From a virus (taxonomy: Duplodnaviria > Caudoviricetes), in the IMG/VR virus record IMGVR_UViG_3300043414_000372, positions 1-64,000 of that record: a DNA stretch of 64,000 nt. One strand, 5' to 3'. The notes under the pieces are model-generated. The model searched no databases. It worked only from the letters and a program-made list of their open reading frames with translations, and was not told where the DNA came from. The position numbers and the translations under genes were made by a program. Of the stretch, positions 8,453 through 18,059 are shown in pieces; the first letter of the stretch is position 1; the number at the start of each line of letters is the position of its first letter.

Positions 8453-9628
8453 TCAGTATTTGCTTTCTCTAGTATATTTACGATAGTCTACACCCATTCG
8501 TAGCATAGACTCACCCTTGCCTTCAAGTATATCACAGATTCTATCTACTGTGCTATCGTTTCGGTCACTTATCTTTCCCATGTTCTTATGAGGCTCTTGT
8601 AATAGCCGACGCAACTTACCAATAGCATTATCAATAGACCAAGGAATATACAAACGGTCAGGATCGTTAGCGAAAGTTTCAGGGAAGCTGCGATAAGCAG
8701 GATAGAGAACATTACATCCGAGAGCATCAGCCTCACTGACGGTGTTTGATACCCAGTCCTGTAACGCACAGTTAAATACAACCCGACTATCATTAACAAT
8801 GTTGTAGTATTCATTCTTTTCTAGATCCTCATAGACTTTCAACAACCCGCGTGATTGCATGTCACGAGTGCGTTGCATATAGCTTTCGCTATTTGATTTA
8901 AGTTTACCACCACTACATACACAGAATTCAACATCGTTGTATGGTTTTTCTCTGTGCCATTGTTCAATGAGATCCATATAGAAATCAGGTTGTTTTTCCT
9001 GATCCCATCGTGCAGAAAATACTACACGCTTCTTGCGTTCATTAAATGGCTTGATACTTGCTACACGATTTTGTACTTCACTCTTACCAAATGCTAACCC
9101 ACTGATATTGTAAATTGGAGCCTTCCAACCTGCAATTTTCATATGCATTACCATTTCTTCATTAGTTGCGAGTACTCCATCCACAAATGAGTCAACCATC
9201 TTTTCATAGTGACCCATGAAATCCTGCATACCCCATACATGTACAAAATCATCAGGATCAATGGACTGAGCAAGACAGCGAACATAAATCTGAGGCCTGT
9301 GAACAGGATCAATTTGCTTAAGAATATACGGAAGACTTTCGATTCCGGGCTGAAACATGTCCTCAAAGTAGACAACATCTTCATTGTTTAATTCTCCTTG
9401 TTTCATCATACGAATTAAATTCATTAGCTGTGACATACCAAAGTATGTACGACCATGAGCATCTAATACTTGACCTGTTACAATTGCTTGGTCGTTACTT
9501 AGTGTTTCACCAGGCACAATAATATAGTTAATGCCGCGCCGATCAAACACAGTAGTATTCCAGTCTTGTAACTGTAGAGTATACCTTGCTTTGTAGGGTT
9601 CAAGACCCATGTAATAGAGTTTTCTCAT
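8453..9628 (-). CDS. GT-B fold glycosyltransferase
   Basis: VVFSARWDQEKQP, VFNCALQDWVSNTVSEADALGC, YPAYRSFPE C-terminal donor-binding pattern. Confidence 0.75.
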   Translation of the reverse strand: MRKLYYMGLEPYKARYTLQLQDWNTTVFDRRGINYIIVPGETLSNDQAIVTGQVLDAHGRTYFGMSQLMNLIRMMKQGELNNEDVVYFEDMFQPGIESLPYILKQIDPVHRPQIYVRCLAQSIDPDDFVHVWGMQDFMGHYEKMVDSFVDGVLATNEEMVMHMKIAGWKAPIYNISGLAFGKSEVQNRVASIKPFNERKKRVVFSARWDQEKQPDFYMDLIEQWHREKPYNDVEFCVCSGGKLKSNSESYMQRTRDMQSRGLLKVYEDLEKNEYYNIVNDSRVVFNCALQDWVSNTVSEADALGCNVLYPAYRSFPETFANDPDRLYIPWSIDNAIGKLRRLLQEPHKNMGKISDRNDSTVDRICDILEGKGESMLRMGVDYRKYTRESKY

Positions 9629-10209
9629 TTTATAAAATTATCTATAAAGTTGTTATGATTTTCATAATTCATTTTTGGATACAGATTGAAAGCCATTACT
9701 AATCTACGACCATTTACATCAGTCATTGGACTAACTTTGTGTCTTAATGTTCCGGGAAATATTATTAATTTACCAGTTTCAGGTGTTATCTTAGTTTGAC
9801 TAAACCAAATGTCTGAAGCACAAAATGTATCCATATAACATATTGCGCCAAAGCTAATTGGATTATGATCATGTTCCTTATGAAAACTTGTTATTTTGTA
9901 ATCAATTATCCAAGACTCTTTTATTTCTAAATTGACAGTTATCATCTTTGAGCCTGAATCTACTAGTTTAGTAGCCTTTTGCTCTATGTTTGATATTAAA
10001 TCATTAAAGTTATCGGTCCTATATTGTACTAGATAATCCGAATGCCACCAATTCCCGCCATTCCAAACCCCATCATTGTTATAATGATTTTTAGGATATT
10101 GTTCTTTATATTCATTGATATAATTAACTAATGTAGGGAAATTAAATTCTGACAGTAAGTTATATTCATAAACTGCCAAATCAGAATTATTGATGGTATG
10201 CTTAATCAT
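9625..10209 (-). CDS. Putative 2OG-Fe(II) oxygenase
   Basis: HKEHDH, LIIFPGTLRHKV, distal R and MAFNL; ATGA overlap with the GT start. Confidence 0.7.
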   Translation of the reverse strand: MIKHTINNSDLAVYEYNLLSEFNFPTLVNYINEYKEQYPKNHYNNDGVWNGGNWWHSDYLVQYRTDNFNDLISNIEQKATKLVDSGSKMITVNLEIKESWIIDYKITSFHKEHDHNPISFGAICYMDTFCASDIWFSQTKITPETGKLIIFPGTLRHKVSPMTDVNGRRLVMAFNLYPKMNYENHNNFIDNFIK

Positions 10210-10218
10210 AACACTTAA

Positions 10219-10425
10219 TTATGGACGAGCGTTTTCCTGCCATTGATCTTTAGCAAATTTGCCTGTAGCAAATTTAGTATACTGACGATATACATAACTC
10301 CGTTGATCGTAGAGTTCTGATTCATTGTACTTATAACCAAAATCCACACAGAATTCTAAGTATTTCTCTAGGTCCTCAAAGATTTGAGTAACACGTGGGT
10401 TTGATTGAAAAGTTTGTTTTGCCAT
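10219..10425 (-). CDS. Hypothetical protein (68 aa)
   Basis: ORF with AAGGA SD, tiled in the operon. Confidence 0.7.
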   Translation of the reverse strand: MAKQTFQSNPRVTQIFEDLEKYLEFCVDFGYKYNESELYDQRSYVYRQYTKFATGKFAKDQWQENARP

Positions 10426-10437
10426 TTTATATTTCCT

Positions 10438-10890
10438 TTAAATAGCGAGGTTACGATAAGGTTGAGTTCTATTATAAGAAATCGTAGCACCATTCTCATC
10501 ATCTTCAGAGACTTTGATTTTGATATTACGACTTGGATACCGAGTTGCGATAACCTCATAAAGGTCATCACTAATCATTTCACAACTTTTGTAATCCAAT
10601 GCAAGAATGCCTTGAGAATATTGATTCTCTAACCATCGTTTGAATTGAATAAACTCAATATCACGGTCGTTGTGAAATACTTCAATCGTCACTTCAAAAT
10701 GAAATATGTGACGATGTGGAGTTGCTAGAAAGCTAACATCATACTCATCACCTGTTGCCAAGTTAGGGTCTGTTGCTGCTGCGGGGTATTTATGAATACC
10801 TTCTTTTTGAAATCTTACAAAGATTGTACGAAATGCTTTATCTTTAATGCGCTGACGTTTTTCAATATCAGCTTGTTCTTTTTGGTTCAT
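10438..10890 (-). CDS. dpdL: QueD-paralogous T-fold protein, DpdL-like (predicted CDG decarboxylase)
   Basis: LATPHRHIF (LxxxHRHxF), DRDIEFIQFK, KSCEMI, VSEDDENG; sits two genes from the DpdA-like gene. Confidence 0.6.
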   Translation of the reverse strand: MNQKEQADIEKRQRIKDKAFRTIFVRFQKEGIHKYPAAATDPNLATGDEYDVSFLATPHRHIFHFEVTIEVFHNDRDIEFIQFKRWLENQYSQGILALDYKSCEMISDDLYEVIATRYPSRNIKIKVSEDDENGATISYNRTQPYRNLAI

Positions 10891-11099
10891 TATCTATCAT
10901 CCTCAAAATTAACACTTTCGTGGTCTTCATCCCATTGAAGTTTTGTATATCTTCTTATCTCAGAGTATACATCATTTCTATCTATCAGCATAGCTTTAAG
11001 GGCGTCTTTGTTAAAGTTACTGTCCTTTTCTACCTTCAAGATTTCCTTGTCAAGGTCTATGGCCCTTCGTTGTAATTTTGCAATTTGTTGTCTGTACAT
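10890..11099 (-). CDS. Hypothetical coiled-coil protein
   Basis: ORF track; start/stop overlap with the neighbour. Confidence 0.65.
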   Translation of the reverse strand: MYRQQIAKLQRRAIDLDKEILKVEKDSNFNKDALKAMLIDRNDVYSEIRRYTKLQWDEDHESVNFEDDR

Positions 11100-11103
11100 A
11101 TTA

Positions 11104-12645
11104 TTACTCCAAAACTAATGACATAGCTTCATCGCTATCTTCTATTTCTTCAATCGGTTCTTCTTCTACGGTAAACAATTCATCAAACATACTCATAGCA
11201 TTTTCAGTTTTCTTACCGCTAATACCTTGACTACCTGATTGAAATTGTTTCCAGTAACTACTATGATAATCAATCAAATCTAACGATTCTTGTTTTGTTT
11301 TCTTGCTAAAGATTTCATCAACAATGTTACCAAAGAAGTTATCACCTTCAAACTTATGTACCAACATCTTTGGAACTACACCTGTTTCATATTGACGATT
11401 AGCTTCTTGAACTGCATTCATATGCATCCATACATTATGACTTTGTAATAAGGTATAGCTTAGTGTATCCCAACTTGTTTTTGTTTCTTTACCATGCTGA
11501 CCCAAGAATCCTACACCACGATAACATAAGTCTTTCATAACTAATGCATCAGTTACTGGGCTATCAGTAAATGATTTATGTACACCATCAGCCAATACAG
11601 CATCACGGTATTTGCGATTGTCATTAGCATAACTTTTCTTTTCAGCAGTCTTTTCCATTTGATAAGACCATTTCTTGTTATGCTCAATAGTTGTATTGAA
11701 ATAAGCAAGACCCTTAGCAGCACTAAAGAATGGGCTAGCACAGTCAAATGTAATCTGAAGGCTTGGGTTATGATACTTACGTACCGCTTTCTGTATGTCT
11801 GTAAACAACACAGCATACTCTAAAATACTTGTACCCAAGCAATGAATCAAATCATGTTTGCCCTCACGTAGTAATCCATCATGGATGATACCAACCAATC
11901 TACGCAATGTCAAATGAATGTCAATCTTGTTTTGTCCACCGAATGCCCAACCATTAAAATGATTGTCTGGATAGATGTTTGGATCACAATACTTTTTCAT
12001 TTCTTCATACCAATCATCTGATTGAGTATGATTGCGACCCTGCAACACATTTAAGAACTTACATTTCCCTGAGCGATTATTTATAAAGTATTCGTTATTA
12101 ATATGTGTGGCAGATATTGCTTCTTCAATTGTACTGATACCATGCAAACTATTACCATTCTTATCTTTCATACCAAACGTAGTTAATGATTGACTTGGGA
12201 TATCTAAACACATACCATAATCCATGTATGTGTCCATCCACTTCAATACTGCTTTACGTTTAATCATAGCACGAGGACAGTTGGGATCCTTCCAATCAGC
12301 TGGCCATTGACCTTTTAGAATCTGAAAACCACCACTATCACCCAACATGAATGTACCTTCTTCACGTTCACGTATGATAGATTCACTTGGATCATCAACC
12401 GTTGTATCTAAGTTAGCGTGACCAGCAGAGTACAATCCCCACTTGTAATAGTAAAGACCTTCTTTGCTATTAAGAAAGTTTAGTTTCTCCACATCACCAT
12501 TAAAACTAGCAGGGATACGTGCAGCATCAAAGTATTGTTCACCTTTGCGTTGCTTACCCAAGCCAGCAATATAAAAACTACTGACTGCGGGTAAAAACAA
12601 TGCCCACTCTGGCTTATGCTTTTGTGATAGATTATCTTGTTTCAA
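11104..12645 (-). CDS. dpdA: DNA 7-deazaguanine transglycosylase (TGT fold, DpdA family)
   Basis: GDSGGFQ, LDIP, VLQG, AFGG, HCLG, TFDCASP line up with TGT catalytic/substrate motifs; clustered with folE/queD/queE. Confidence 0.8.
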   Translation of the reverse strand: MKQDNLSQKHKPEWALFLPAVSSFYIAGLGKQRKGEQYFDAARIPASFNGDVEKLNFLNSKEGLYYYKWGLYSAGHANLDTTVDDPSESIIREREEGTFMLGDSGGFQILKGQWPADWKDPNCPRAMIKRKAVLKWMDTYMDYGMCLDIPSQSLTTFGMKDKNGNSLHGISTIEEAISATHINNEYFINNRSGKCKFLNVLQGRNHTQSDDWYEEMKKYCDPNIYPDNHFNGWAFGGQNKIDIHLTLRRLVGIIHDGLLREGKHDLIHCLGTSILEYAVLFTDIQKAVRKYHNPSLQITFDCASPFFSAAKGLAYFNTTIEHNKKWSYQMEKTAEKKSYANDNRKYRDAVLADGVHKSFTDSPVTDALVMKDLCYRGVGFLGQHGKETKTSWDTLSYTLLQSHNVWMHMNAVQEANRQYETGVVPKMLVHKFEGDNFFGNIVDEIFSKKTKQESLDLIDYHSSYWKQFQSGSQGISGKKTENAMSMFDELFTVEEEPIEEIEDSDEAMSLVLE

Positions 12646-13009
12646 CTGATTCTTCTTTCTTAATCAAGGTCCTGACAATACTTATTTGTTCTTGCTTTTG
12701 CTTGATGGTGTTCAATAAATCTCTGACAGTGGGATTAGTTGATGCTAGTACTTCCAAATCAAGTTCTTCTTGACGCTTTTGTTTAGCCCAATCAAGCAAT
12801 GATTCTGCTTCAGCATTTAGACCTACATTAACGTGTCCCATCTGTAATGTCATCCAAGATGAACCATCATATACTTCTATACCCTGATTAACTGTGTTGA
12901 ATCTCATATTACCAAGGCCCTGTGCTCCAGTATAGTTATTAACGTAATTGGTAGCAGGACCACCACTTACATTTATGTACTTACCGGAACTAGCAATGTA
13001 CTTGATCAT
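12632..13009 (-). CDS. Hypothetical protein
   Basis: ORF overlapping both neighbours. Confidence 0.7.
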   Translation of the reverse strand: MIKYIASSGKYINVSGGPATNYVNNYTGAQGLGNMRFNTVNQGIEVYDGSSWMTLQMGHVNVGLNAEAESLLDWAKQKRQEELDLEVLASTNPTVRDLLNTIKQKQEQISIVRTLIKKEESVETR

Positions 13010-13737
13010 TTCTTGTTCGCTGGCAATAAGTAAACATATGTTGCGATACCACTATTAACTGTGATTTCAGTCGCACCCTGTTCACTAATCTTAACTGTCT
13101 TGTCACCAACTAGATCCATGATAGATAAGAATTCTTTAACGGGCCACTTATGTGTACCAGCTAGTGTGCCAGTAACTGGAGTGTTGAATACAAAGTTACC
13201 ACTGTGTGTTGAAGCATCACCAAAGAATACTTTCAAATCACTACCATCAGTTTTGAACACGAAATGTTCTTCTTCGCTATTTGCTTGTGCTTGCTTCTTA
13301 AGACGTTGAATACCAGCAATTGTTGGCTCAAATTCAACATTCCACTTAGCACCCTTAAATGATACACTCTTAACCTTTTCATCAACTACGCTTTTAAGCA
13401 TAAGACGATAATCGTTAATGAAGTCACCAGTCTTTGTTTCAAAGTGAATAGTAGATGGAACATCTACACCATCACGTTGAGTACGAACAACATTGATTTT
13501 AGATGTGTCATCATACTCATCAAACCCAATAATTGTTTTGAGTTTGTTTAAGTTAGGCATACCGAATACACCGATGAAGTCGGCGATTGGGTCTTTGAAT
13601 GTACCACTGATGATAACACTTTTGTTTTCTGCTACTGCATTGATTGCCGTTACAGTATCTGTACCAGTGACCTTAATAAGTTCAATAGTGCCAAGACCAA
13701 GAGTATGGTCAATTAAGTCTTTTAAATAATCTTTCAT
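13006..13737 (-). CDS. DNA polymerase sliding clamp (gp45-like)
   Basis: 243 aa, two-domain beta-rich pattern ending YVYLLPA; immediately downstream of the polymerase. Confidence 0.65.
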   Translation of the reverse strand: MKDYLKDLIDHTLGLGTIELIKVTGTDTVTAINAVAENKSVIISGTFKDPIADFIGVFGMPNLNKLKTIIGFDEYDDTSKINVVRTQRDGVDVPSTIHFETKTGDFINDYRLMLKSVVDEKVKSVSFKGAKWNVEFEPTIAGIQRLKKQAQANSEEEHFVFKTDGSDLKVFFGDASTHSGNFVFNTPVTGTLAGTHKWPVKEFLSIMDLVGDKTVKISEQGATEITVNSGIATYVYLLPANKK

Positions 13738-13779
13738 TTTGTTTCCTTTGTTTAAAATATTTAGGAGTTCCTATCACGT

Positions 13780-13808
13780 ATTATAGTGGAATATATTGCG
13801 ATAGTCAA
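13780..13808 (-). promoter_or_regulatory. Sigma70-type promoter of the clamp gene; late TAAATA also at 13758-13763
   Basis: TTGACT-N17-TATAAT. Confidence 0.8.
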
Positions 13809-13815
13809 CACCAGT

Positions 13816-16521
13816 TTAACCGAATGTGAATAAGTCATCAAATGTTGAGTTAACATCAGTATTACTTCTGATATCCCAATCTAATACGCCAAGTAAGTTG
13901 TCAATCTTTTCATCTACTAAGGTTGATTCCATTAATAAATCATCAAACGGTAATTCCTTGAACCATTGTGGTAAACGTAATTCATCAACTGGGTATGCAA
14001 TACTAGTGAAGCCCAATGCGTTATCTTTGAGTTTACAAACAACAATTTTCATACCATCTATAATCTTCTGGCTATAGTTATCACCATACACTCTGCGTAG
14101 ATAGTTCCAGTTAATTGCTGCACGGGCATGACCCACACCACACTTACCAGTCTTTTCAAATTCAATAGTATGCTTAGTTAAGTTATTAACACTCTTTGGG
14201 CTACCCTTTGTCCAACTATCTTGTTCAGACAGGTTAGTTTTGAATTCTTTAACCATTTCAATAACTTTATCACGTTGCTCACCAGCAAGGACCTTAGTAA
14301 GTACATCCATTAAGAATTCTTGTATATACTTAGGAGTATCAGCACGTTTCAAGTCAAGACCCATTGCTTTGATATCACCATTTTTTCCGTTTACATCTTT
14401 ACGCTTACCCTCTTTATCAAAGATATTAATAGCATAGCGTTTCTTTGTGATAAAGATAGCACGATCACCAATCAATTCACGACCAGCTTTAATGATTTCA
14501 CCATTCTTTCTTGGAGCATGAAATGCACGTTCCATAAATGCAGGAAAACTTTCATTAGCTTGGTCAGCAATACCGTCATACAATGTGATGCAGTTTTCTT
14601 TATCCCATTTAATATCACCATTCGCTATTTGCGAATTGAGAATAGGATAAGCAGTAAAGTAACATGAGTCAGTATCACCATATACAATCGCAGGACCTTC
14701 ATGGTTATAATCACCAGTAACTGTTTCATTGATGGTACTCATCATATGTTTAACAATCTGACGACCACTTAATGTAACACTTTGACCGATACGTTTGTCA
14801 TAGAATCTGCAATGTTCATTCAATAGTGCGCCATACGCTGAGTTCAACAAAATCTTACGAACAAGCTGACGCTTATCCCAGTATTCACGATCCTCATTCG
14901 TAGTAGATTCTTTAAGTTTCTTCTGCATTACTTTACGATCACTATACCAACGTGAGAGTAATCCAGGAACTACGCCCTCTTTCTCATAAGTAAAGATTGT
15001 ACCATTAGCAGAAAGCATCCATGGACGATTGCTATCAAAGATCATCTTCCAGATTTCAGCAGCACTATATTCCTCACTACGACCATCTTCGTAATCTATA
15101 GTAAGAATTGTGCCACGTTCTTGGTTCATAATTGATGTGTATTCTAATACACCAAACAAGTTCTCCCATAGAATAGCACCAGTAACGTCATCGTCACCTT
15201 CTTTGAAACGCTTTTTAAGGCTAGCAAGTTGCTTACCTTTGTCAAGCATATACTTGTCAGTTAATGTTTGCCTGACTTGACCGACGATGGTTTCTCCTGC
15301 CATGTTAAGGGCACGAATAACCGAGGGATAGAGCGAGTTGATGTCAACTGCTCCAACGTATTCGTGCATACCTCTTTTCGGCGTAGCAACGAAGGCACCT
15401 GCTGCCGGTTGTGTTTCTTCCGCATTCTCATTCCTTCTCTTTTTATCTGGCACTACTAATCCACGTTCGTGGGCTTCATTAAAAATCGCCATCTCAATCA
15501 TTGCTACAGAACCCATGACTGTTGGAAGCAGTACAGTGTTCTCATGCGCTAATTGATTGGCAAGTTCTAAAAACTTTAGTTTGTTGTGAATCTTCACTAA
15601 CAACATGGTATCTTGGCGATTGTATTCAATAAACTTTTTAAAGTCTTTGTTATACAACTGATCCAGAGTACCTTCATATTGAGTTTTGTTCTCGCCTACT
15701 TCCATCTCACCAATAGCATCTAACTTATATGAATGTCGTGATTCATAGTTATATTTCTTGTAGAGTTGTAAGTAGTCCAAGTGAATACGACCTACTAAGT
15801 CGTATGTAGTTTCACTTTTGCCAAATCTTTCGTATTCCCTAGCCTTAGGAAGTTGACCCATCAAGCAAAACTTGCGTGTGTCATCCTTACTCATTACTCG
15901 TGTGACACGATTAACCATGTAAGGTATGTCGTATCCTTCACTGTTCCAGCCAGTCATTACATCAGCATCTTCAATGAGTTGAAAGAAAACATCAAACATA
16001 TCCTTCTCATTAGTGAAAAGCATACAGTTTTCAAATTCATTACAAATTTCTTGTGCTGTCTCTGGACTCATGTGCTTAGGGGCAATGACCAATGTAACCA
16101 ATGTATCTTGCCAATCTAAATACAATGAGATAGCAGTTACTGGGTTGAATGGATCAGTTGTAGGACTGAACCCCTTCTCAGGATCAAAGTCTACCTCAAT
16201 GTCAAAGAAACAAGTATGAAGTTTAGGAACATCTGCCTTAAGATAATTTTCACTAAGGCAGCGAAACACTACTGGCACATCGCTTTCAAATAATTTCTTA
16301 CCTGAATGGATGCGTCTTTCTTTTTCAAACTCTTGTCGTTTGCGTGTACTGAAACGATTTACAGGGTCACCATATATACTGCGATACTTGCCCTTATGAT
16401 CGGGATAGTAGAGTACATAGTTTGTGGGATATTCTTTGTATTGACGCTTTCCGTTCTGGTCCCGTTCTACAACGTAGATACGATCCTCATCCCTGCTATG
16501 AATAGCATCAACGTAACTCAA
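13816..16521 (-). CDS. Family B DNA polymerase (T4 gp43-like)
   Basis: Exo FDIE; DINSLYPS, KILLNSAYG, YGDTDS, KKRY motifs; uninterrupted 901 aa. Confidence 0.97.
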   Translation of the reverse strand: MSYVDAIHSRDEDRIYVVERDQNGKRQYKEYPTNYVLYYPDHKGKYRSIYGDPVNRFSTRKRQEFEKERRIHSGKKLFESDVPVVFRCLSENYLKADVPKLHTCFFDIEVDFDPEKGFSPTTDPFNPVTAISLYLDWQDTLVTLVIAPKHMSPETAQEICNEFENCMLFTNEKDMFDVFFQLIEDADVMTGWNSEGYDIPYMVNRVTRVMSKDDTRKFCLMGQLPKAREYERFGKSETTYDLVGRIHLDYLQLYKKYNYESRHSYKLDAIGEMEVGENKTQYEGTLDQLYNKDFKKFIEYNRQDTMLLVKIHNKLKFLELANQLAHENTVLLPTVMGSVAMIEMAIFNEAHERGLVVPDKKRRNENAEETQPAAGAFVATPKRGMHEYVGAVDINSLYPSVIRALNMAGETIVGQVRQTLTDKYMLDKGKQLASLKKRFKEGDDDVTGAILWENLFGVLEYTSIMNQERGTILTIDYEDGRSEEYSAAEIWKMIFDSNRPWMLSANGTIFTYEKEGVVPGLLSRWYSDRKVMQKKLKESTTNEDREYWDKRQLVRKILLNSAYGALLNEHCRFYDKRIGQSVTLSGRQIVKHMMSTINETVTGDYNHEGPAIVYGDTDSCYFTAYPILNSQIANGDIKWDKENCITLYDGIADQANESFPAFMERAFHAPRKNGEIIKAGRELIGDRAIFITKKRYAINIFDKEGKRKDVNGKNGDIKAMGLDLKRADTPKYIQEFLMDVLTKVLAGEQRDKVIEMVKEFKTNLSEQDSWTKGSPKSVNNLTKHTIEFEKTGKCGVGHARAAINWNYLRRVYGDNYSQKIIDGMKIVVCKLKDNALGFTSIAYPVDELRLPQWFKELPFDDLLMESTLVDEKIDNLLGVLDWDIRSNTDVNSTFDDLFTFG

Positions 16522-16778
16522 AGTGTTTTACCCACAGTTTCCAAGATAGTGTTTAGTTCTTCGTGGTCAGCGTTTGTTTGACCAAGACTTGCTTTGTGTG
16601 CGACAGTAATTGCCTTCTTAAGAATGCCTGGCTTTACTTCCAGTTCTTCTGCGATAGCTTTCACAGTATCACTTAGCCCCTCACGTAGAGTATCAATCTC
16701 GTGTAGGACTACCATGCCCTCGTTGATAAGTTGAGTCAACTTAATCTTTTGCTCTCCGGTAAACATTTTACTACTCAT
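16518..16778 (-). CDS. T4 DsbA/DUF2312-like dsDNA-binding protein
   Basis: 86 aa helical; EIDTLREGLSDTVKAIAEELEVKPGILKKAI pattern. Confidence 0.55.
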   Translation of the reverse strand: MSSKMFTGEQKIKLTQLINEGMVVLHEIDTLREGLSDTVKAIAEELEVKPGILKKAITVAHKASLGQTNADHEELNTILETVGKTL

Positions 16779-16801
16779 AGTTTCTCCTTGTTAAAGTAAT
16801 T

Positions 16802-16830
16802 AGTATACATGCCTTGTGTAGAAAAGTCAA
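16802..16830 (-). promoter_or_regulatory. Sigma70-type promoter of the dsbA-like/polymerase operon
   Basis: TTGACT-N17-TATACT. Confidence 0.8.
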
Positions 16831-16835
16831 ACATT

Positions 16836-17435
16836 TTACTGCTTTTCTACAATCTTTTTAACCACAGTGTGCAGTCCTGGGTTAATATGTAATGCGTGTG
16901 GCATCAAATGTGTTCTTACATAGTTACGCATATATTTTGTGTCATCGTTACTATTGTCGTGACACCAATCAATAGATTTACGTTCGCACCAGCTTTTGAA
17001 TTCACTTTTGTTTGTTGTTAGAAACGGACGTACAACATTGTTTCTTTTTGATGGGATAACTTTTGGTTGTCCGTGAAGTGATGACCAAACATATGTTTCC
17101 ACACAGTCATCTAAATGATGACCGGTGACAATTAGTCCTAGTGTGTCACCAATACTATCTAAGAATTCATAGCGTTCATTACGCCAATGTTCTTCTGTGC
17201 TGAGTTCTTTGGGTTTAATATTCTTAATCATTCCAATCATAAGTGGAAGATTGCGTTCAGTGCAGAAGTGTGCAACAAATTCTAATGCACGTTCGCTATT
17301 CTCTGTTCCGTGATGAAAGAAAGCACAAGTTACATTGTGTTTTTGAGAAAGGAAGTCTGTGATAGCAACAGAGTCAACGCCGCCACTAAGTGCGACAACA
17401 ATATCTTTTGGCAATGGAAAGAGTAGTTTAAGCAT
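16836..17435 (-). CDS. tilS: tRNA(Ile)-lysidine synthase, catalytic domain only
   Basis: SGGVDS PP-loop, RNERY, GHHLDDCVET, VRPFL, DNSN...RNYVR; lacks the C-terminal domains. Confidence 0.88.
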   Translation of the reverse strand: MLKLLFPLPKDIVVALSGGVDSVAITDFLSQKHNVTCAFFHHGTENSERALEFVAHFCTERNLPLMIGMIKNIKPKELSTEEHWRNERYEFLDSIGDTLGLIVTGHHLDDCVETYVWSSLHGQPKVIPSKRNNVVRPFLTTNKSEFKSWCERKSIDWCHDNSNDDTKYMRNYVRTHLMPHALHINPGLHTVVKKIVEKQ

Positions 17436-17454
17436 CTATGCATTATAGCATAGA
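17435..17454 (-). promoter_or_regulatory. Extended -10 promoter inside a 7-bp dyad
   Basis: TCTATGC-TATAAT-GCATAGA, then ATG 6 nt after the -10 box. Confidence 0.65.
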
Positions 17455-17461
17455 ATACTTT

Positions 17462-18046
17462 TTATTGAAAGATTTCTGGATGATCTTTGCCAAATACTTT
17501 CATGTATTTGCCCGCACCCATATCTGCTAGCATTTCAATTGGGCTACCAGGATAACTGTCACCCGGTTTAATCATACCCAATTCTCCTTGACGGACATGA
17601 ACCAATTCATGAAAAACAGTACGCATAATATCAACCATATTACGATTAGCAACGTATACCCAAACACTGTTATCGTTTTCTGAATGACGACCAGTATGAT
17701 GTCCTTCTTGTGCTTCTTCAGTATCGTAACTAAATTCAAATTTGGGAGTAGATTGTAAATTAAGTTTTTGACTTGCCCACTTAATAAATTTCTGCATTAT
17801 TGGGTTATCTTCCAAGAAGTCTGGTTCACTATCTTGTTCATCTAATTTACCTTTAACCCATTCATCAGGTGATTTTTTGAATTTATGTACAAACAAGTCA
17901 TGTAATGCTTTGCCAGTAATACGATGTTTACTAGCAATATCCTGCATTAATTTGTCAATAGTATCGTAGTCATGTTTAGCCAATGACGGCAAACGTTTTG
18001 CTAATTCAATTGCAGCGGATTCAATAATGATGTGTTCAGTAAGCAT
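17462..18046 (-). CDS. Protein with C-terminal HExxH zinc-metallopeptidase-like motif
   Basis: HELVHVRQ...E; start re-set to MLTEH (18046), 4 nt after TAAATA. Confidence 0.6.
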   Translation of the reverse strand: MLTEHIIIESAAIELAKRLPSLAKHDYDTIDKLMQDIASKHRITGKALHDLFVHKFKKSPDEWVKGKLDEQDSEPDFLEDNPIMQKFIKWASQKLNLQSTPKFEFSYDTEEAQEGHHTGRHSENDNSVWVYVANRNMVDIMRTVFHELVHVRQGELGMIKPGDSYPGSPIEMLADMGAGKYMKVFGKDHPEIFQ

Positions 18047-18059
18047 TATGTATTTATCA

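Noticed and set aside
13816-16521. Intein or intron in the DNA polymerase
   Set aside because: Normal length, contiguous motifs, no splicing or LAGLIDADG signature; the same holds for ClpA and the clamp loader.
16836-17435. PP-loop protein as the missing QueC
   Set aside because: Motifs are TilS-specific (RxxRY, HHxDDxxET, RP, DxSN...RN) and the QueC zinc-binding Cys cluster is absent.
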